A stretch of 59,644 nt of DNA, counting the filler. It is 5 parts of 5 records of this genome, joined end to end, with 100 filler letters (N's around TTAATTAATTAA, not from the genome) between each part and the next. Parts side by side here need not be neighbours in the genome. Positions count along the whole stretch, not along the records: positions 29,333 to 44,576 come from SRR20825019_2141; 4 more parts are not named here. One strand, given 5' to 3'. The notes under the pieces were generated by a model. That model was given only the letters and a program-made list of their open reading frames with translations. It was not told the DNA's origin and made no database searches. Of the stretch, positions 32,820 to 42,776 are shown in pieces (positions within the stretch are counted from its first letter, which is position 1; the number at the start of each line of letters is the position of its first letter). The translations under genes and the position numbers were made by a program.

Positions 32820-34234
32820 TTTGGATGACCCATTAAGCCGCCTTTAGCCATAAGGACCGGGTCGATCAGCCGATCGTATTCATCTGCGCTTAACAAACCA
32901 ACGGCCAAGCATGTTTCGCGCAGCGAAGTCTCGCTCGCTTCCGCTTTGCGGGTCAATCGTGCGACCGCATCATAACCCAGTCTTGGCGTCAGTGCAGTTG
33001 CAACCATGAGCGACATCTCGACGTTGCGCGCCATGCGAGCACGGTTCGGTTTCAACCCGATCAGACAACCGGATCGGAAGGCATCCAGTCCATCCGCAAG
33101 TGCCGACACACTTTCCAACAATGCGTGGATCAGGACGGGCTTGGCGACGTTCAACTCGAACAGACCTGAGGCACCTGCCGCAACCACCGTCGTATGATTA
33201 CCGAGCGCGCGGTGGCAGACTTGAAGAAGCGCTTCGGCGAGGGTCGCATTGCGCTTGCCCGGCATTATCGAAGACGACAGACCATCGTCGGGAAGCTCCA
33301 GCTCTCCCAGACCCGCGCGGGGGCCGGACGCCAGCAAGCGTATATCGTTCAAGATATGGATCAGCGAGACCGCCACCCCCTCGCAGGCCGCGGAGGCCGC
33401 AACAACCGCGTCGTGCGCAGCCATCCCCTCTCCCGCGACAGAAGACGGCGTGAAATCAGCGCCCGAACGACGAGACAGGACATTGCAGAACTCCTGCGCA
33501 AAACGATGCGGCGCATTCAGGCCGGAACCGGCCGCCGTTCCCCCCTGCGGGAGCCTGTGAAGGTCTGGCAAGGTGGCGCTGACCCGTAGCTTTGCCCGTG
33601 CGATCTGAAGACCGTAGGATGCGAAGTTTTGTCCCAGCGTGACCGGCACCGCATCATTCAGATGTGTGCGTCCCAGACGAACGAGATCGTGGTAGGACTG
33701 CGCCTTCTCCTCGAGCGTCTGTTGAAAACGCGACAGGGCGGGCAGCAGACGACCTGTTATCGCCTCGACCGCAGCGATCTGCATGACCGTCGGAAAACTG
33801 TCGTTGGATGATTGGCTACGATTGACATGGTCGTTCGGATGGACTGGCGTGCGGGTGCCAAGCCCCTGCCCTGCCATTTCGTTCGCGCGGTTGGCCAGAA
33901 CCTCGTTAGCGTTCATGTTGGTCTGGGTCCCGCTGCCGGTTTGCCAGATCGGCAGCGGGAAATGATTGTCGAACCGGCCCTCGCGCATTTCTTCGGCCGC
34001 GCGGCCGATCAACGTCGCGATCTCGTCGGGGAGTATGCCGAGCGCAAGGTTGGCCTCCGCCGCTGCGCCCTTCTGAAGCGCGAAGGCGCGGATCACTCCG
34101 ACCGGCATCTGCGGGCCCTCAATCGCAAAGACGGCAAGCGCACGCTGTGTCTGCGCCCCCCAGTAGCGGTCGGCGGGGATTGCCATGACGCCCACCGAAT
34201 CCGCCTCGTTTCTCATTCTTTCGGAGCAGATCAT
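32816..34234 (-). CDS. fumC: Class II fumarate hydratase-like protein (divergent signature)
   Basis: YWGAQTQRA, WQTGSGTQTNMNANEV, HPNDHVNRSQSSNDSFPT, GRTHLNDA and SSIMPGKRN. Confidence 0.75.
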   Translation of the reverse strand: MICSERMRNEADSVGVMAIPADRYWGAQTQRALAVFAIEGPQMPVGVIRAFALQKGAAAEANLALGILPDEIATLIGRAAEEMREGRFDNHFPLPIWQTGSGTQTNMNANEVLANRANEMAGQGLGTRTPVHPNDHVNRSQSSNDSFPTVMQIAAVEAITGRLLPALSRFQQTLEEKAQSYHDLVRLGRTHLNDAVPVTLGQNFASYGLQIARAKLRVSATLPDLHRLPQGGTAAGSGLNAPHRFAQEFCNVLSRRSGADFTPSSVAGEGMAAHDAVVAASAACEGVAVSLIHILNDIRLLASGPRAGLGELELPDDGLSSSIMPGKRNATLAEALLQVCHRALGNHTTVVAAGASGLFELNVAKPVLIHALLESVSALADGLDAFRSGCLIGLKPNRARMARNVEMSLMVATALTPRLGYDAVARLTRKAEASETSLRETCLAVGLLSADEYDRLIDPVLMAKGGLMGHPK

Positions 34235-35607
34235 CGTCCCGCAAGCACCCGGTCGACCATTTCTGGCGCCTCGCCAAGATAGTTGCGGGGTTCTGTCATC
34301 GACTTCAGCACCTCGACCTCAAGATGGCTCGTTAGTGTCACGTCATTCTTCAACGCGTCGTACAACGAAATGCTGCCTTCTACCGCACGGCGACAACCGG
34401 CATAGACGATGTCGTGCGCTTCCTTGCGTCCCGTGTGGGGGGCCAAAGCCATCATCACCGCTTCGGCCACGATCAGCCCCCGGGAATGATCAAGGTTACG
34501 CCCCATATTTTCGGGATAAACCCGCAGACCCTCGAGCATAAATTCAGCCTGGGCCAACATCCCTGAAATCGTGGCGAAGCCTTCCGGGACTGCAGAGAAC
34601 TCCAGATGCCAAGGACCGGTGGCGCGTTCATGGTCATGGATCATAGCGTCAAGCATCGCCGACGCGTGGTTCCGCATCAGGCGGGCCCCCGCGAGGATCA
34701 ATTCGCAGGAAATGGGATTGGCTTTCTGCGGCATTGTGGAGGATGCGCCACGATGACGGACGAAAGGCTCTGCCACCTCGCTTAGCTCAGTAGTCATCAT
34801 GATCGCGACATCGCCCGCGATCTTGGCAAGACTGCCACCGATCAGCGCCAAAGTCTGGACGGTTTCTGCAATGCCGTCGCGGATCGAGTGCCAAGTGATC
34901 GATGGGACACCTAGACCGAGCTCGGCGGCAAGGGCGGATTGGGTTTCCAGCCCCCGCCCAGACAGTGATGCAAGGGTGCCCGATGCCCCTGAGAATTGGA
35001 CATTGAGCACCCGCGGCGAAAGCTGTTCCAGCCGCTCTGCGTGGCGATCGAACCCAGACAGCCAAGTTGCGGCCTTATATCCGAAGGTCACAGGCAGGGC
35101 GTGCTGCATGTGGGTCCGGCCTGCCATCGGCGTGTCGCGATGAGTCCGTGCCAGCCCTGCAAGCGCGCTACGCACCCCCTCGACCCGCCGAGCGACAAGC
35201 TCCAAACCATCCCGGATCTGCAGAACCGTAGCCGTGTCCATGATATCCTGGGTTGTCGCCCCCCAGTGCAAATACTTACCAGCCTCTCCCGCCGTCGCTG
35301 AAAGCTGCTCGACAATGGGCAGAATCGGGTATCCGACGATTTCGGTTTCACGCGCCAGCCGGTCGTGATCGAGAGGCTGGAGGGAAGCGGCCGCAATTCC
35401 GTCGGCCGCCTCCGCGGGGATCAACCCTAGACCGGCCTGCGCCCGCGCCAATGCCACCTCTACCTCGGTACAGGCGGCCAGGTAGCGTTCCGAACAGAAG
35501 ATCGCGCGCATTTCGTCGTCGCTGAAACTGCGGCCCCATATGGGAGAGTCGAGCGCTGTCACGTTTTTTGGCAAGTGGCTTGTCACGGGTGCAGATCCTT
35601 CGGTCAT
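34231..35607 (-). CDS. Fumarase/adenylosuccinate-lyase superfamily lyase (PcaB/CMLE-like)
   Basis: LHWGATTQDIMDTA, GRTHMQHALP, GASSTMPQKANP and HDHERATGPW. Confidence 0.85.
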   Translation of the reverse strand: MTEGSAPVTSHLPKNVTALDSPIWGRSFSDDEMRAIFCSERYLAACTEVEVALARAQAGLGLIPAEAADGIAAASLQPLDHDRLARETEIVGYPILPIVEQLSATAGEAGKYLHWGATTQDIMDTATVLQIRDGLELVARRVEGVRSALAGLARTHRDTPMAGRTHMQHALPVTFGYKAATWLSGFDRHAERLEQLSPRVLNVQFSGASGTLASLSGRGLETQSALAAELGLGVPSITWHSIRDGIAETVQTLALIGGSLAKIAGDVAIMMTTELSEVAEPFVRHRGASSTMPQKANPISCELILAGARLMRNHASAMLDAMIHDHERATGPWHLEFSAVPEGFATISGMLAQAEFMLEGLRVYPENMGRNLDHSRGLIVAEAVMMALAPHTGRKEAHDIVYAGCRRAVEGSISLYDALKNDVTLTSHLEVEVLKSMTEPRNYLGEAPEMVDRVLAGR

Positions 35608-35614
35608 TTATGTC

Positions 35615-36601
35615 CTACTCCGCCGGTCTCACGGCATCGGGAACCTCGATGCCATTTTCCTCAAAATATCTGATCGCGCCCGGATGGTAGGGCATGACCG
35701 TGTTCATCGCGACGTTCTCCAGCAAGGTTTCCTTCGCCGAGCCATGTGTCGCTAGAAGCGCGTCGTGGTTCTCGAAAATCGCCTTGGTGATCTCGTACGC
35801 CAGGCTCTCGGGCATATCCTTTGACGCGAAGGCGATATTCCACATTCCGAACGTCTTCACTGGCTCATCAAGCGAAGAGTACGTGGCTGCAGGAATTTCC
35901 ATGATTTGTGCGTAGGGCACGCTTTCCTGGAGTTTTGCGATTTCATCGTCGTTCAGACCGAAGATCACGGAGGGCTGCAGCGCCTCGAGCTCTGAGAAGG
36001 CGGACATCGGCAAGCCTGCGGCCGTCGCCACCGCATCTAGGCGGCCATCGGCCAATTGTGACGTCTGGTCGCCGATCGGACCGTTCTGAACGTTGACATT
36101 CAATCCAAGCGCTTCGAACCAACGCTCCCAATACGTGCCGCCGGTGCCTCCCTTGGGGCCTGTGCCGATGGTCTTGCCGTCGAAGTCAGACACCTTGACG
36201 ATCCCTGACCTCGCAAGCGCAGCGGCCTGAAAGGGGGTCACATACATCGGGAAAAGTGCGCGAACGCCATCGTATTTTGTGCCGAGATCCATGTCCATCT
36301 CGCCCTGAATCGCCTCAAAGGCCGGACCCAGGGTCGTGAGACCGACGTCGACACGCTGCTTGTTGACGAGCACGAGGTTCTGAAGCGGTCCCTGAGTCTG
36401 CTGCGTCGAGGCAGGAACACCCAGCGCGCTGGAGATCACGCTGGCCACGCCTTGGCCGTAGATCGCATAGGTGCCTCCGGGCGAAGCGGTGGCAACCACA
36501 ATGTTGCCGGGCCAATCGCTGCGGTCCGCGTCCTGCGCAAAGGCGGTGGTTCCGGCCAGTACCGCGACCAGCGACAGGCCGATAAGATTTCTGCGTTTCA
36601 T
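35615..36601 (-). CDS. TAXI-family TRAP transporter solute-binding protein
   Basis: Signal peptide, ATASPGGTYAIYG, LAYEITKAIFEN and PYHPGAIRYFEE. Confidence 0.9.
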   Translation of the reverse strand: MKRRNLIGLSLVAVLAGTTAFAQDADRSDWPGNIVVATASPGGTYAIYGQGVASVISSALGVPASTQQTQGPLQNLVLVNKQRVDVGLTTLGPAFEAIQGEMDMDLGTKYDGVRALFPMYVTPFQAAALARSGIVKVSDFDGKTIGTGPKGGTGGTYWERWFEALGLNVNVQNGPIGDQTSQLADGRLDAVATAAGLPMSAFSELEALQPSVIFGLNDDEIAKLQESVPYAQIMEIPAATYSSLDEPVKTFGMWNIAFASKDMPESLAYEITKAIFENHDALLATHGSAKETLLENVAMNTVMPYHPGAIRYFEENGIEVPDAVRPAE

Positions 36602-36622
36602 GGATAGTCCTCCCTTTGAAAA

Positions 36623-38740
36623 TCAAACAGTCTTAGTTCCGCGCCCCGTCCCGCCCGTACGAGCGAGCCTGAGGGCGATGAGCGCCGCGCCGACGGCGAC
36701 GCCCGCGAGGTCGGTGTAGATATCCCCGGCAATCAGAAGCAGGGCGGTCACACCAAATCCGATCCGCCAGAAGCCGCTAAGCGTTCCGGCGAACCAGCCG
36801 CCGCTGGCGGTGGCAAGCGCCCACACGCCAAGCAAGGCGGTGGCTGTCGTCCGAACGATTTCCCATACGGACCCGTTCATCAGCACCCCTTGGTTGTGGA
36901 TGAAGAGAAAGGGAACGATGAATGCCGCCAGACCATACTTCACGGCCTTGAACGACGTTTTCCAGGGATCACCGCCCGCCAGCGCGGCGCCCGCAAAGGC
37001 CGAGAGCGCGATTGGTGGCGTGATCGTCGAGATGACTGCATAGTAGAAGATGAATAGGTGCACCGGCAGGACATCCAGCCCGATCCGTTGCAAGGATGGA
37101 GCAACCACCGATGCTGCGATGGCATAAGCAGCAGTTGTCGGCATGCCCATTCCTAGGATCAGCGCGATGACCATGGCAAACACCAGCGCCAGGAACTCGC
37201 TTTGCCCTGCGACCCCGAGAAGCATGGCCGAAAACCTTCCGCCAAGACCGGTCAGCCCGATCACACCAACGACAATCCCTGCGCAGGCGCAAACGGCTGC
37301 TAGTTGAAGACACTGACGCGCCCCGATGCTCAACGCTTCGAGGATATCCTGCACAGTGCCTCGGATCGCCGCAGACATTCCATCGGTCCGGGCAGCAAGG
37401 GCTGCAACGGCAAGCGTCGCTGAGCCAGTGCCCATCGCAATGATGCCATGTGTATTTGCGGAAAGATAAGGCACCGCCAAGACAGTCACCAGGACCGTCG
37501 CGACCGGCACAGCCAACAGCCGACTATCAAGACCCATCCGTTGCTGCAGCATGACGAGAACCGCGATGGCAATGCCCCATGAACCGGCAGAGATGATAGA
37601 GAATCCGGCAAATAGAAAGATGATCAACAAGGCGAGCGGAGCCAGCATAAAGCCGTCCTTGGCCATTGGCTTCAGATCGGGCAGTTCCGAGCTGGGGAGA
37701 CCTTCAATACCTTCCTTGCGCGCTTCGAGATCGATCTGGATATAGACTGCGAAGTAATACAACACGCAGGGTATCAGTGCCGCAACGATGATCTCAGTGT
37801 AGGGGATGCCTGTGATTTCCGCCATGATGAACGCACCCGCTCCCATGATCGGTGGGGTCAGTTGCCCTCCTGTCGACGCCGCCGCTTCGATCCCACCTGC
37901 ACTGGTGGGCTTGTAGCCGACACGCTTCATCACCGGGATGGTAAAGGTACCCGACGCGACCACGTTCGCCACACCGCTGCCCGAGATCATCCCGAACAGA
38001 ATGGAGCCGAACAGCGATACCTTCGCGGGTCCCCCGCGCATCCGCCCGAAACAGGCGAAGGCCAGGTTCATAAAAAAATCGCCGACTTTCGAAACTTGAA
38101 GAAATGCCGCAAACAACACAAAGAGCACGATGTACTTCGCCGCCGCGGCAGTGGCGATCCCAAACACGCCCTCCATCGAATAGACGAAGGTCGAGAACTC
38201 ATCGACCCCAAAGCCCCTGTGATAAAGCACGCCCGGCAACCAAGGCCCAACGAAGCCGTAGACGATAAAGATACTCGCAAGGACCGGCAGGGCTACCCCT
38301 GCCGTGCGCCGGGTGAATTCGATAACGACGATGATCCCGGCCAAGGCAGCCACGACGTCCCCTGCCGTCGGCAGGACACCCGTGCGGATGATCAACTCAT
38401 CCAGATTCCACAAGATATAAAGCGAAGCGAAGATTGCCAGACCTGAGAGCAGGAAGTCAAACGCGGGGACTTTGTCACCCGCTTTTCCGAAGGGGGCATA
38501 GAGCGCGAAGGCTATAACCGCGGCGATATTGACATGCAGGACACGAAACACCCAAGCGTCAAGCTGGAAGAAATTGAGCACCAACAGGTGAAAGACAGAG
38601 TACAGAACACAGAGGGCGGCGACCATCGCTGTCTGCCATCCGCTCAGGTTCCGGATTTTGGACCCAAAGTCGAAAGTTTCGGCGTCCCGTGTCGCGTCTT
38701 CATTATACGCTTCGTTCTGCCCCGGTTTTATCTCGGTCAT
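36623..38740 (-). CDS. TRAP transporter fused (4TM/12TM) permease
   Basis: GGPAK, GSGVANVVASGTFTIP, EAAASTGGQLTPPIMGAGAF, LGMGMPTTAAY and ITPPIAL. Confidence 0.92.
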   Translation of the reverse strand: MTEIKPGQNEAYNEDATRDAETFDFGSKIRNLSGWQTAMVAALCVLYSVFHLLVLNFFQLDAWVFRVLHVNIAAVIAFALYAPFGKAGDKVPAFDFLLSGLAIFASLYILWNLDELIIRTGVLPTAGDVVAALAGIIVVIEFTRRTAGVALPVLASIFIVYGFVGPWLPGVLYHRGFGVDEFSTFVYSMEGVFGIATAAAAKYIVLFVLFAAFLQVSKVGDFFMNLAFACFGRMRGGPAKVSLFGSILFGMISGSGVANVVASGTFTIPVMKRVGYKPTSAGGIEAAASTGGQLTPPIMGAGAFIMAEITGIPYTEIIVAALIPCVLYYFAVYIQIDLEARKEGIEGLPSSELPDLKPMAKDGFMLAPLALLIIFLFAGFSIISAGSWGIAIAVLVMLQQRMGLDSRLLAVPVATVLVTVLAVPYLSANTHGIIAMGTGSATLAVAALAARTDGMSAAIRGTVQDILEALSIGARQCLQLAAVCACAGIVVGVIGLTGLGGRFSAMLLGVAGQSEFLALVFAMVIALILGMGMPTTAAYAIAASVVAPSLQRIGLDVLPVHLFIFYYAVISTITPPIALSAFAGAALAGGDPWKTSFKAVKYGLAAFIVPFLFIHNQGVLMNGSVWEIVRTTATALLGVWALATASGGWFAGTLSGFWRIGFGVTALLLIAGDIYTDLAGVAVGAALIALRLARTGGTGRGTKTV

Positions 38741-38770
38741 GCATTCCCCCCGCAGCAGCGTTCGAGCTTA

Positions 38771-38805
38771 TATGTTCGGACATACTACTTTGTTCGTACA
38801 TACTA
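38771..38805. promoter_or_regulatory. Tandem palindromic operator candidates for the GntR/HutC regulator
   Basis: TGTTCGGACATACTA (38773-38787) and TGTTCGTACATACTA (38791-38805), 18-bp period. Each contains the TGT-N4-ACA dyad and lies between the divergent starts. Confidence 0.65.
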
Positions 38806-38847
38806 TGATATCTGGAATTCTGTCAAGTCGGGCTGTATGGAACAAGA

Positions 38848-39564
38848 ATGTCTCGTCAACCAATCTATGCCGTCCTTGCCGATGAACTGGTGCGCGACAT
38901 CAGAACGGGTCTCTACCCGCTCGGATCCTTGTTGCCGACAGAAATTGAAATGGCGGAAGACCGGGGGCTTTCCCGCTCCACCGTCCGTGCAGCACTCGGA
39001 CGGTTGGTGCAGCTCGGATTAGTGACGCGCCAGAAAGGCGTCGGAACGCGAGTAACGTCGATCGAGCCGGGCAGCTACAATCCCTCGACAACCTCGATTG
39101 AAGAACTTGCACATTTCGGCGCCGCGACACACAGGACGTTGCTTGGCATCGAAGAGGTCACGCTTGATATGACCCTTGCGAAACGGCTCGGCGTCCCGGC
39201 GGGCAGCCGCTGGTTTCGCGTCCGCACGCTACGTTCGGACATCAAGACCGCAGCTCTGCCGATTTGTTTTACTGAGAATTATATCGATATCGAGCTGCCG
39301 GGTGTGATCCACGATATCGGCGACTACTCGGAGCTCATCGCGACCCGCATCGCCAGCAGATACGGCAGTGTGGTCGATGAAGTCCGCCAGGTGATCCGGC
39401 CACGGATTCTCGATGAGGAACTTTGCAGCCTCCTGCGGACTGCTCCAAACGAACTCGCACTTGAAATACGGCGACAATATTGCTCGGCTGGGCGGCTGAT
39501 TTATGTCAGCCTAAGCCAACATCCCGCAGACCGGTTCGAATATCACATGTCCCTCAATCGCTAG
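38848..39564 (+). CDS. GntR-family (HutC/UTRA) transcriptional regulator
   Basis: YPLGSLLPTE...SRSTVRAAL...LVTRQKGVGTRV winged HTH plus a UTRA-like C-terminus. Confidence 0.9.
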   Translation: MSRQPIYAVLADELVRDIRTGLYPLGSLLPTEIEMAEDRGLSRSTVRAALGRLVQLGLVTRQKGVGTRVTSIEPGSYNPSTTSIEELAHFGAATHRTLLGIEEVTLDMTLAKRLGVPAGSRWFRVRTLRSDIKTAALPICFTENYIDIELPGVIHDIGDYSELIATRIASRYGSVVDEVRQVIRPRILDEELCSLLRTAPNELALEIRRQYCSAGRLIYVSLSQHPADRFEYHMSLNR

Positions 39565-39935
39565 GCTGGGCTCTTTTTTCGGGTTTGTGTCTCTCAAGCC
39601 ACGCGTAGGGTTAATGAGGGAGCCCGTTGAGCTATCCTAGTCCTACGTTTGAAAGAAGCCTTGCTCAAGGGTGAGGTTACCTTGGCCATGATGCTGCTGC
39701 GGCAGAGTGAATAAATTCAACCGCACCGCCCACCGACAGAACCTCACGACGGCCGGTACAGGAACCGCCCCCCCCGGCGGCAATGATGTGCCATTAGCCA
39801 TGCCTAACCCCCATACACTGCAACCTTGCAGCGCCGCACGTCTCTGGACTTTGCCGCTTAGAATGCTTGTATTCAGATGCAACACTCGGCAAGAATTGGC
39901 GAAGTCCGAATTCCGGTCAGGAGATTTTTTCGCAA

Positions 39936-40260
39936 ATGCATACCTTGGATAATCTCAATGAATACCTCGCTGCGATCGTTGAAAGTTCCGATGATGCGAT
40001 CATCACCAAGAACCTTCGCAGTATGATCCAAACCTGGAATAAAAGTGCGGAACGCCTGTTCGGTTATACTGCGGCAGAGGCCATCGGCCAGCCTGTCATG
40101 ATGCTCATCCCGGAAGATCGCCAGCATGAAGAAGTGGATATCATCGCGCGGCTGCGCCGCGGCGAGCGCATCCAGCATTTCGAAACAATCCGGCGGCGCA
40201 AGGACGGCACTCTTGTGCCAATCTCGCTAACTATTTCGCCTGTGCAGAACGCCGAGGGAG
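39936..40260 (+). pseudogene. Truncated PAS-domain sensor gene
   Basis: LAAIVESSDDAIITK...WNKSAERLFGY...FETIRRRKDG...ISLTISPVQNAEG, then similarity stops before the usual GASKIARD strand; no output domain. Confidence 0.75.
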
Positions 40261-40597
40261 ATCGCTCTCGAGAACCTGATGATTGCCGTTCTGGCTGAAG
40301 GCTCCGATCTACAGCGGCAACTCGCACTCGATATGGGGGGCTATATTGCGCCGCGGGTCGGCGCTACACAGCACCCCCTGACAGTTCAGGCGTCCCATCA
40401 TATGACGGATTTGGTACATCGCGCCGATCACTTCCGGACCGCGACCGTCCCGACGCAGCCTTACAAGAGCACGCCTGTGTTCGACGAGGTGACGCTGCCT
40501 GCGGGGCTGCGCAAAGAGCATCGCACCAAGGAGGGCGTTTGGGGTGTCATTCAGGTATTGGAAGGACGCCTGCGATACCGGGTGCTAGAGCCCGGGT
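40261..40597 (+). pseudogene. Fragment of a DUF1971/TehB-YeaR-like protein, interrupted by the IS
   Basis: PYKSTPVFDEVTLPAGLRKEHRTKEGVWGVIQVLEGRLRY runs straight into the IS terminal repeat. Confidence 0.7.
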
Positions 40598-41677
40598 CAG
40601 CTTGTTGCATGGGTCAGAATTTGGACGCAGTCGCCCCTTTCCCCGGGGGTTTATGCGACGGGTTTGAAGGCCGCGCGCCCGAGACGGGTCATGCGGTTGA
40701 GGGCCCTTGCTGCGATTGAGGTTTCGATGGTTTGGCGATCCATTTTCCGGGCTTTGAGGCCAGGCCCGATGACGGCCTTGTATCTTCCGATCTGGGCTTC
40801 CACGAGAGCGCGGCTGTTGTAGCCCGTCGCTGATTGCCAGTCCATTCGGCCATGCTCGGCAATGTGTCTGATGTGAGCGTCGCGGTGCGCGCTCAGGCCG
40901 ATGACTGCGGTGATCGGCGGCGGGATGGTGATCTCGACGTCAGTCCCGAATTGCCGGCAGAAGCAATCGGAAACGCCCTTGCCATCATAGGCACCGTCCG
41001 CCAGGACACGGGCCACCGGGATTTCGATCCCGGCGATGAGGTCGGGCAAAGCGGTCTCATCGCCAACTTGATCGGTGGTCAGCAGCGAAGCGACGATCTC
41101 GCCACTGTCCGGGTCGTATCCGATGTGCAGTTTGCGCCAGGATTTGCGGGTCTTTTCCGTGCCATGCTTCGTTTCCTGCCAGCCCGAGCCGCGATGGATC
41201 TTCAGACCGGTACTATCCACGATAAGCATGATCGGCCCAGACGATCTCGGCCTGTCGTCCACCACCGAGAGCCCGATGGCCCGGCGAGACAGCGTGGAAA
41301 AATCCGGCACCCGCAAATCGACATCCATGAGCCGCAGAAGCGATCGAACGAACCCTTGAGTCTGCCGCAGCGGCTGGTGAAAGATCAGCCCAAGCATCAG
41401 ACAGGTCTCAATCGCGAAGTTCGAATATCTCGGCTGACCACCCCGACCCTTTCGCTTCGGCGCAGACCATTTCCCGGCAGCCCCGTCCTCAAGCCAGATC
41501 GTCACGTCACCGCGACGGCGCAGAGCCTCATTGTAATCCGACCAATTGGTCACCGCGTATTTCGCCTTGGAAAACTTATCGCGCCGATCGGCGTTGAATT
41601 TATGCGGCATTGGGTGCGACCATGAGGATATCAGGGATCGCTTCTTCGCCGATCTCTGTGACCCATGCAACAAGCTG
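40598..41677 (-). mobile_element. IS5-family insertion sequence (IS903-like), about 1080 bp
   Basis: Perfect 19-bp terminal inverted repeats CAGCTTGTTGCATGGGTCA (40598-40616) and TGACCCATGCAACAAGCTG (41659-41677) flank one transposase; no target duplication visible. Confidence 0.9.
40651..41610 (-). CDS. IS5-family DDE transposase
   Basis: NWSDYNEALRRRGD, LRQTQG, PDFSTLSRR, VDSTGLK, WRKLH, ADGAYD and GYNSRALVE. Confidence 0.93.
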   Translation of the reverse strand: MPHKFNADRRDKFSKAKYAVTNWSDYNEALRRRGDVTIWLEDGAAGKWSAPKRKGRGGQPRYSNFAIETCLMLGLIFHQPLRQTQGFVRSLLRLMDVDLRVPDFSTLSRRAIGLSVVDDRPRSSGPIMLIVDSTGLKIHRGSGWQETKHGTEKTRKSWRKLHIGYDPDSGEIVASLLTTDQVGDETALPDLIAGIEIPVARVLADGAYDGKGVSDCFCRQFGTDVEITIPPPITAVIGLSAHRDAHIRHIAEHGRMDWQSATGYNSRALVEAQIGRYKAVIGPGLKARKMDRQTIETSIAARALNRMTRLGRAAFKPVA

Positions 41678-41882
41678 GTGGCGGCCCAAGGATGACCCGA
41701 TCTCTGAAAACGGGATCGTGTAAAACTAAGGTTTATCGCCTCGCTGTTCAGCGTCAGATCCGACAGGTTCGGGCCCGGTATTTTCGACCTCCAACTCTTT
41801 CACCCATTTGAGCTAACCACGGCCCAAGCTACTATACGGCTTGCACCATAACCATTAGGCCTGAACTGTTAAGCTACTCTGT

Positions 41883-42761
41883 TTAGGCCGTTGGTGATCG
41901 CAAAAGCAAAGTGTCCTTCGCCCAGTCGCGAAATATACGCAACGCAGGTGGTAGAAAATTTGAACGCGCGTGGACGAGATACAAACTTGTCTTTGTTGTG
42001 AGACCCTCCAAATGCAACGGGCTAAGCCGCCCCATTTTCAAGTGTTCGCCCAGCAAAAAATCTGCAGCATAAATCAATCCGAGCCCATTCAGCCCGGCAG
42101 CAATATATCCTTCGGTTTCGTCTAAAGTTAACCAAGACCGGCTCAGTTTTTGCGACACTGCATGATGCAGCCCAGACCCGCTATATCCGACAAAGCAGTG
42201 TTCGCCGAGGGCACTCGGTGACACGGGAGGGTCGAATTTCTCTAGATATTCCGGTGATCCGCACAATATCCAGCGAAAGTCGCCTAACCTTTTCGCACGA
42301 ACACTTGTCGAGTCCTCTGGCTCACCAACCCTGATCACACAATCGAACCCTCCGCCAACGGCATCCACCAAACGGTCGGTCGTGGTAATCCTCACTTTTA
42401 TGCCTGGGAACCGCGTATGGAAGCCAGGCAACGCGGGTACAAGCAGGTGGCTGGCAATCGAAGGGGTCGTATTGACATGAACATTGCCTTCCGGAGACTT
42501 GGAATCTTTACGGATGTCTGCCTCGGCCTTCTGTATCTCCTCAACAATTTGGCGCGCCCGATCGAGATAAAGCATGCCGGCTTCGGTCAAACTGAACTGC
42601 CGAGTTGTCCGCTGTATCAACGCAGCTCCCAGATGGGATTCGAGATCCTTGACCGCGCGCGTGATAGTCGATCGAGGAAGGGATAACATATCAGCCGCAC
42701 CGGCGAAGCTTCCCGCTTCTGCGACGCTGATGTAAATCTCCATGCTCTTCAATCTGTCCAA
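41883..42761 (-). CDS. LysR-family transcriptional regulator
   Basis: AEAGSFAGAA...LESHLGAALIQRTTRQFSLTEAG HTH followed by a substrate-binding domain. Confidence 0.9.
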   Translation of the reverse strand: MDRLKSMEIYISVAEAGSFAGAADMLSLPRSTITRAVKDLESHLGAALIQRTTRQFSLTEAGMLYLDRARQIVEEIQKAEADIRKDSKSPEGNVHVNTTPSIASHLLVPALPGFHTRFPGIKVRITTTDRLVDAVGGGFDCVIRVGEPEDSTSVRAKRLGDFRWILCGSPEYLEKFDPPVSPSALGEHCFVGYSGSGLHHAVSQKLSRSWLTLDETEGYIAAGLNGLGLIYAADFLLGEHLKMGRLSPLHLEGLTTKTSLYLVHARSNFLPPALRIFRDWAKDTLLLRSPTA

Positions 42762-42776
42762 CCTGTATTTCCTTCC

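Noticed and set aside
41693..41730. Sequence ending ...GAAAACGG...CTAAG that resembles a Tn3-type terminal repeat
   Set aside because: It lacks the terminal GGGG, and no partner repeat or Tn3 transposase is present in the contig.
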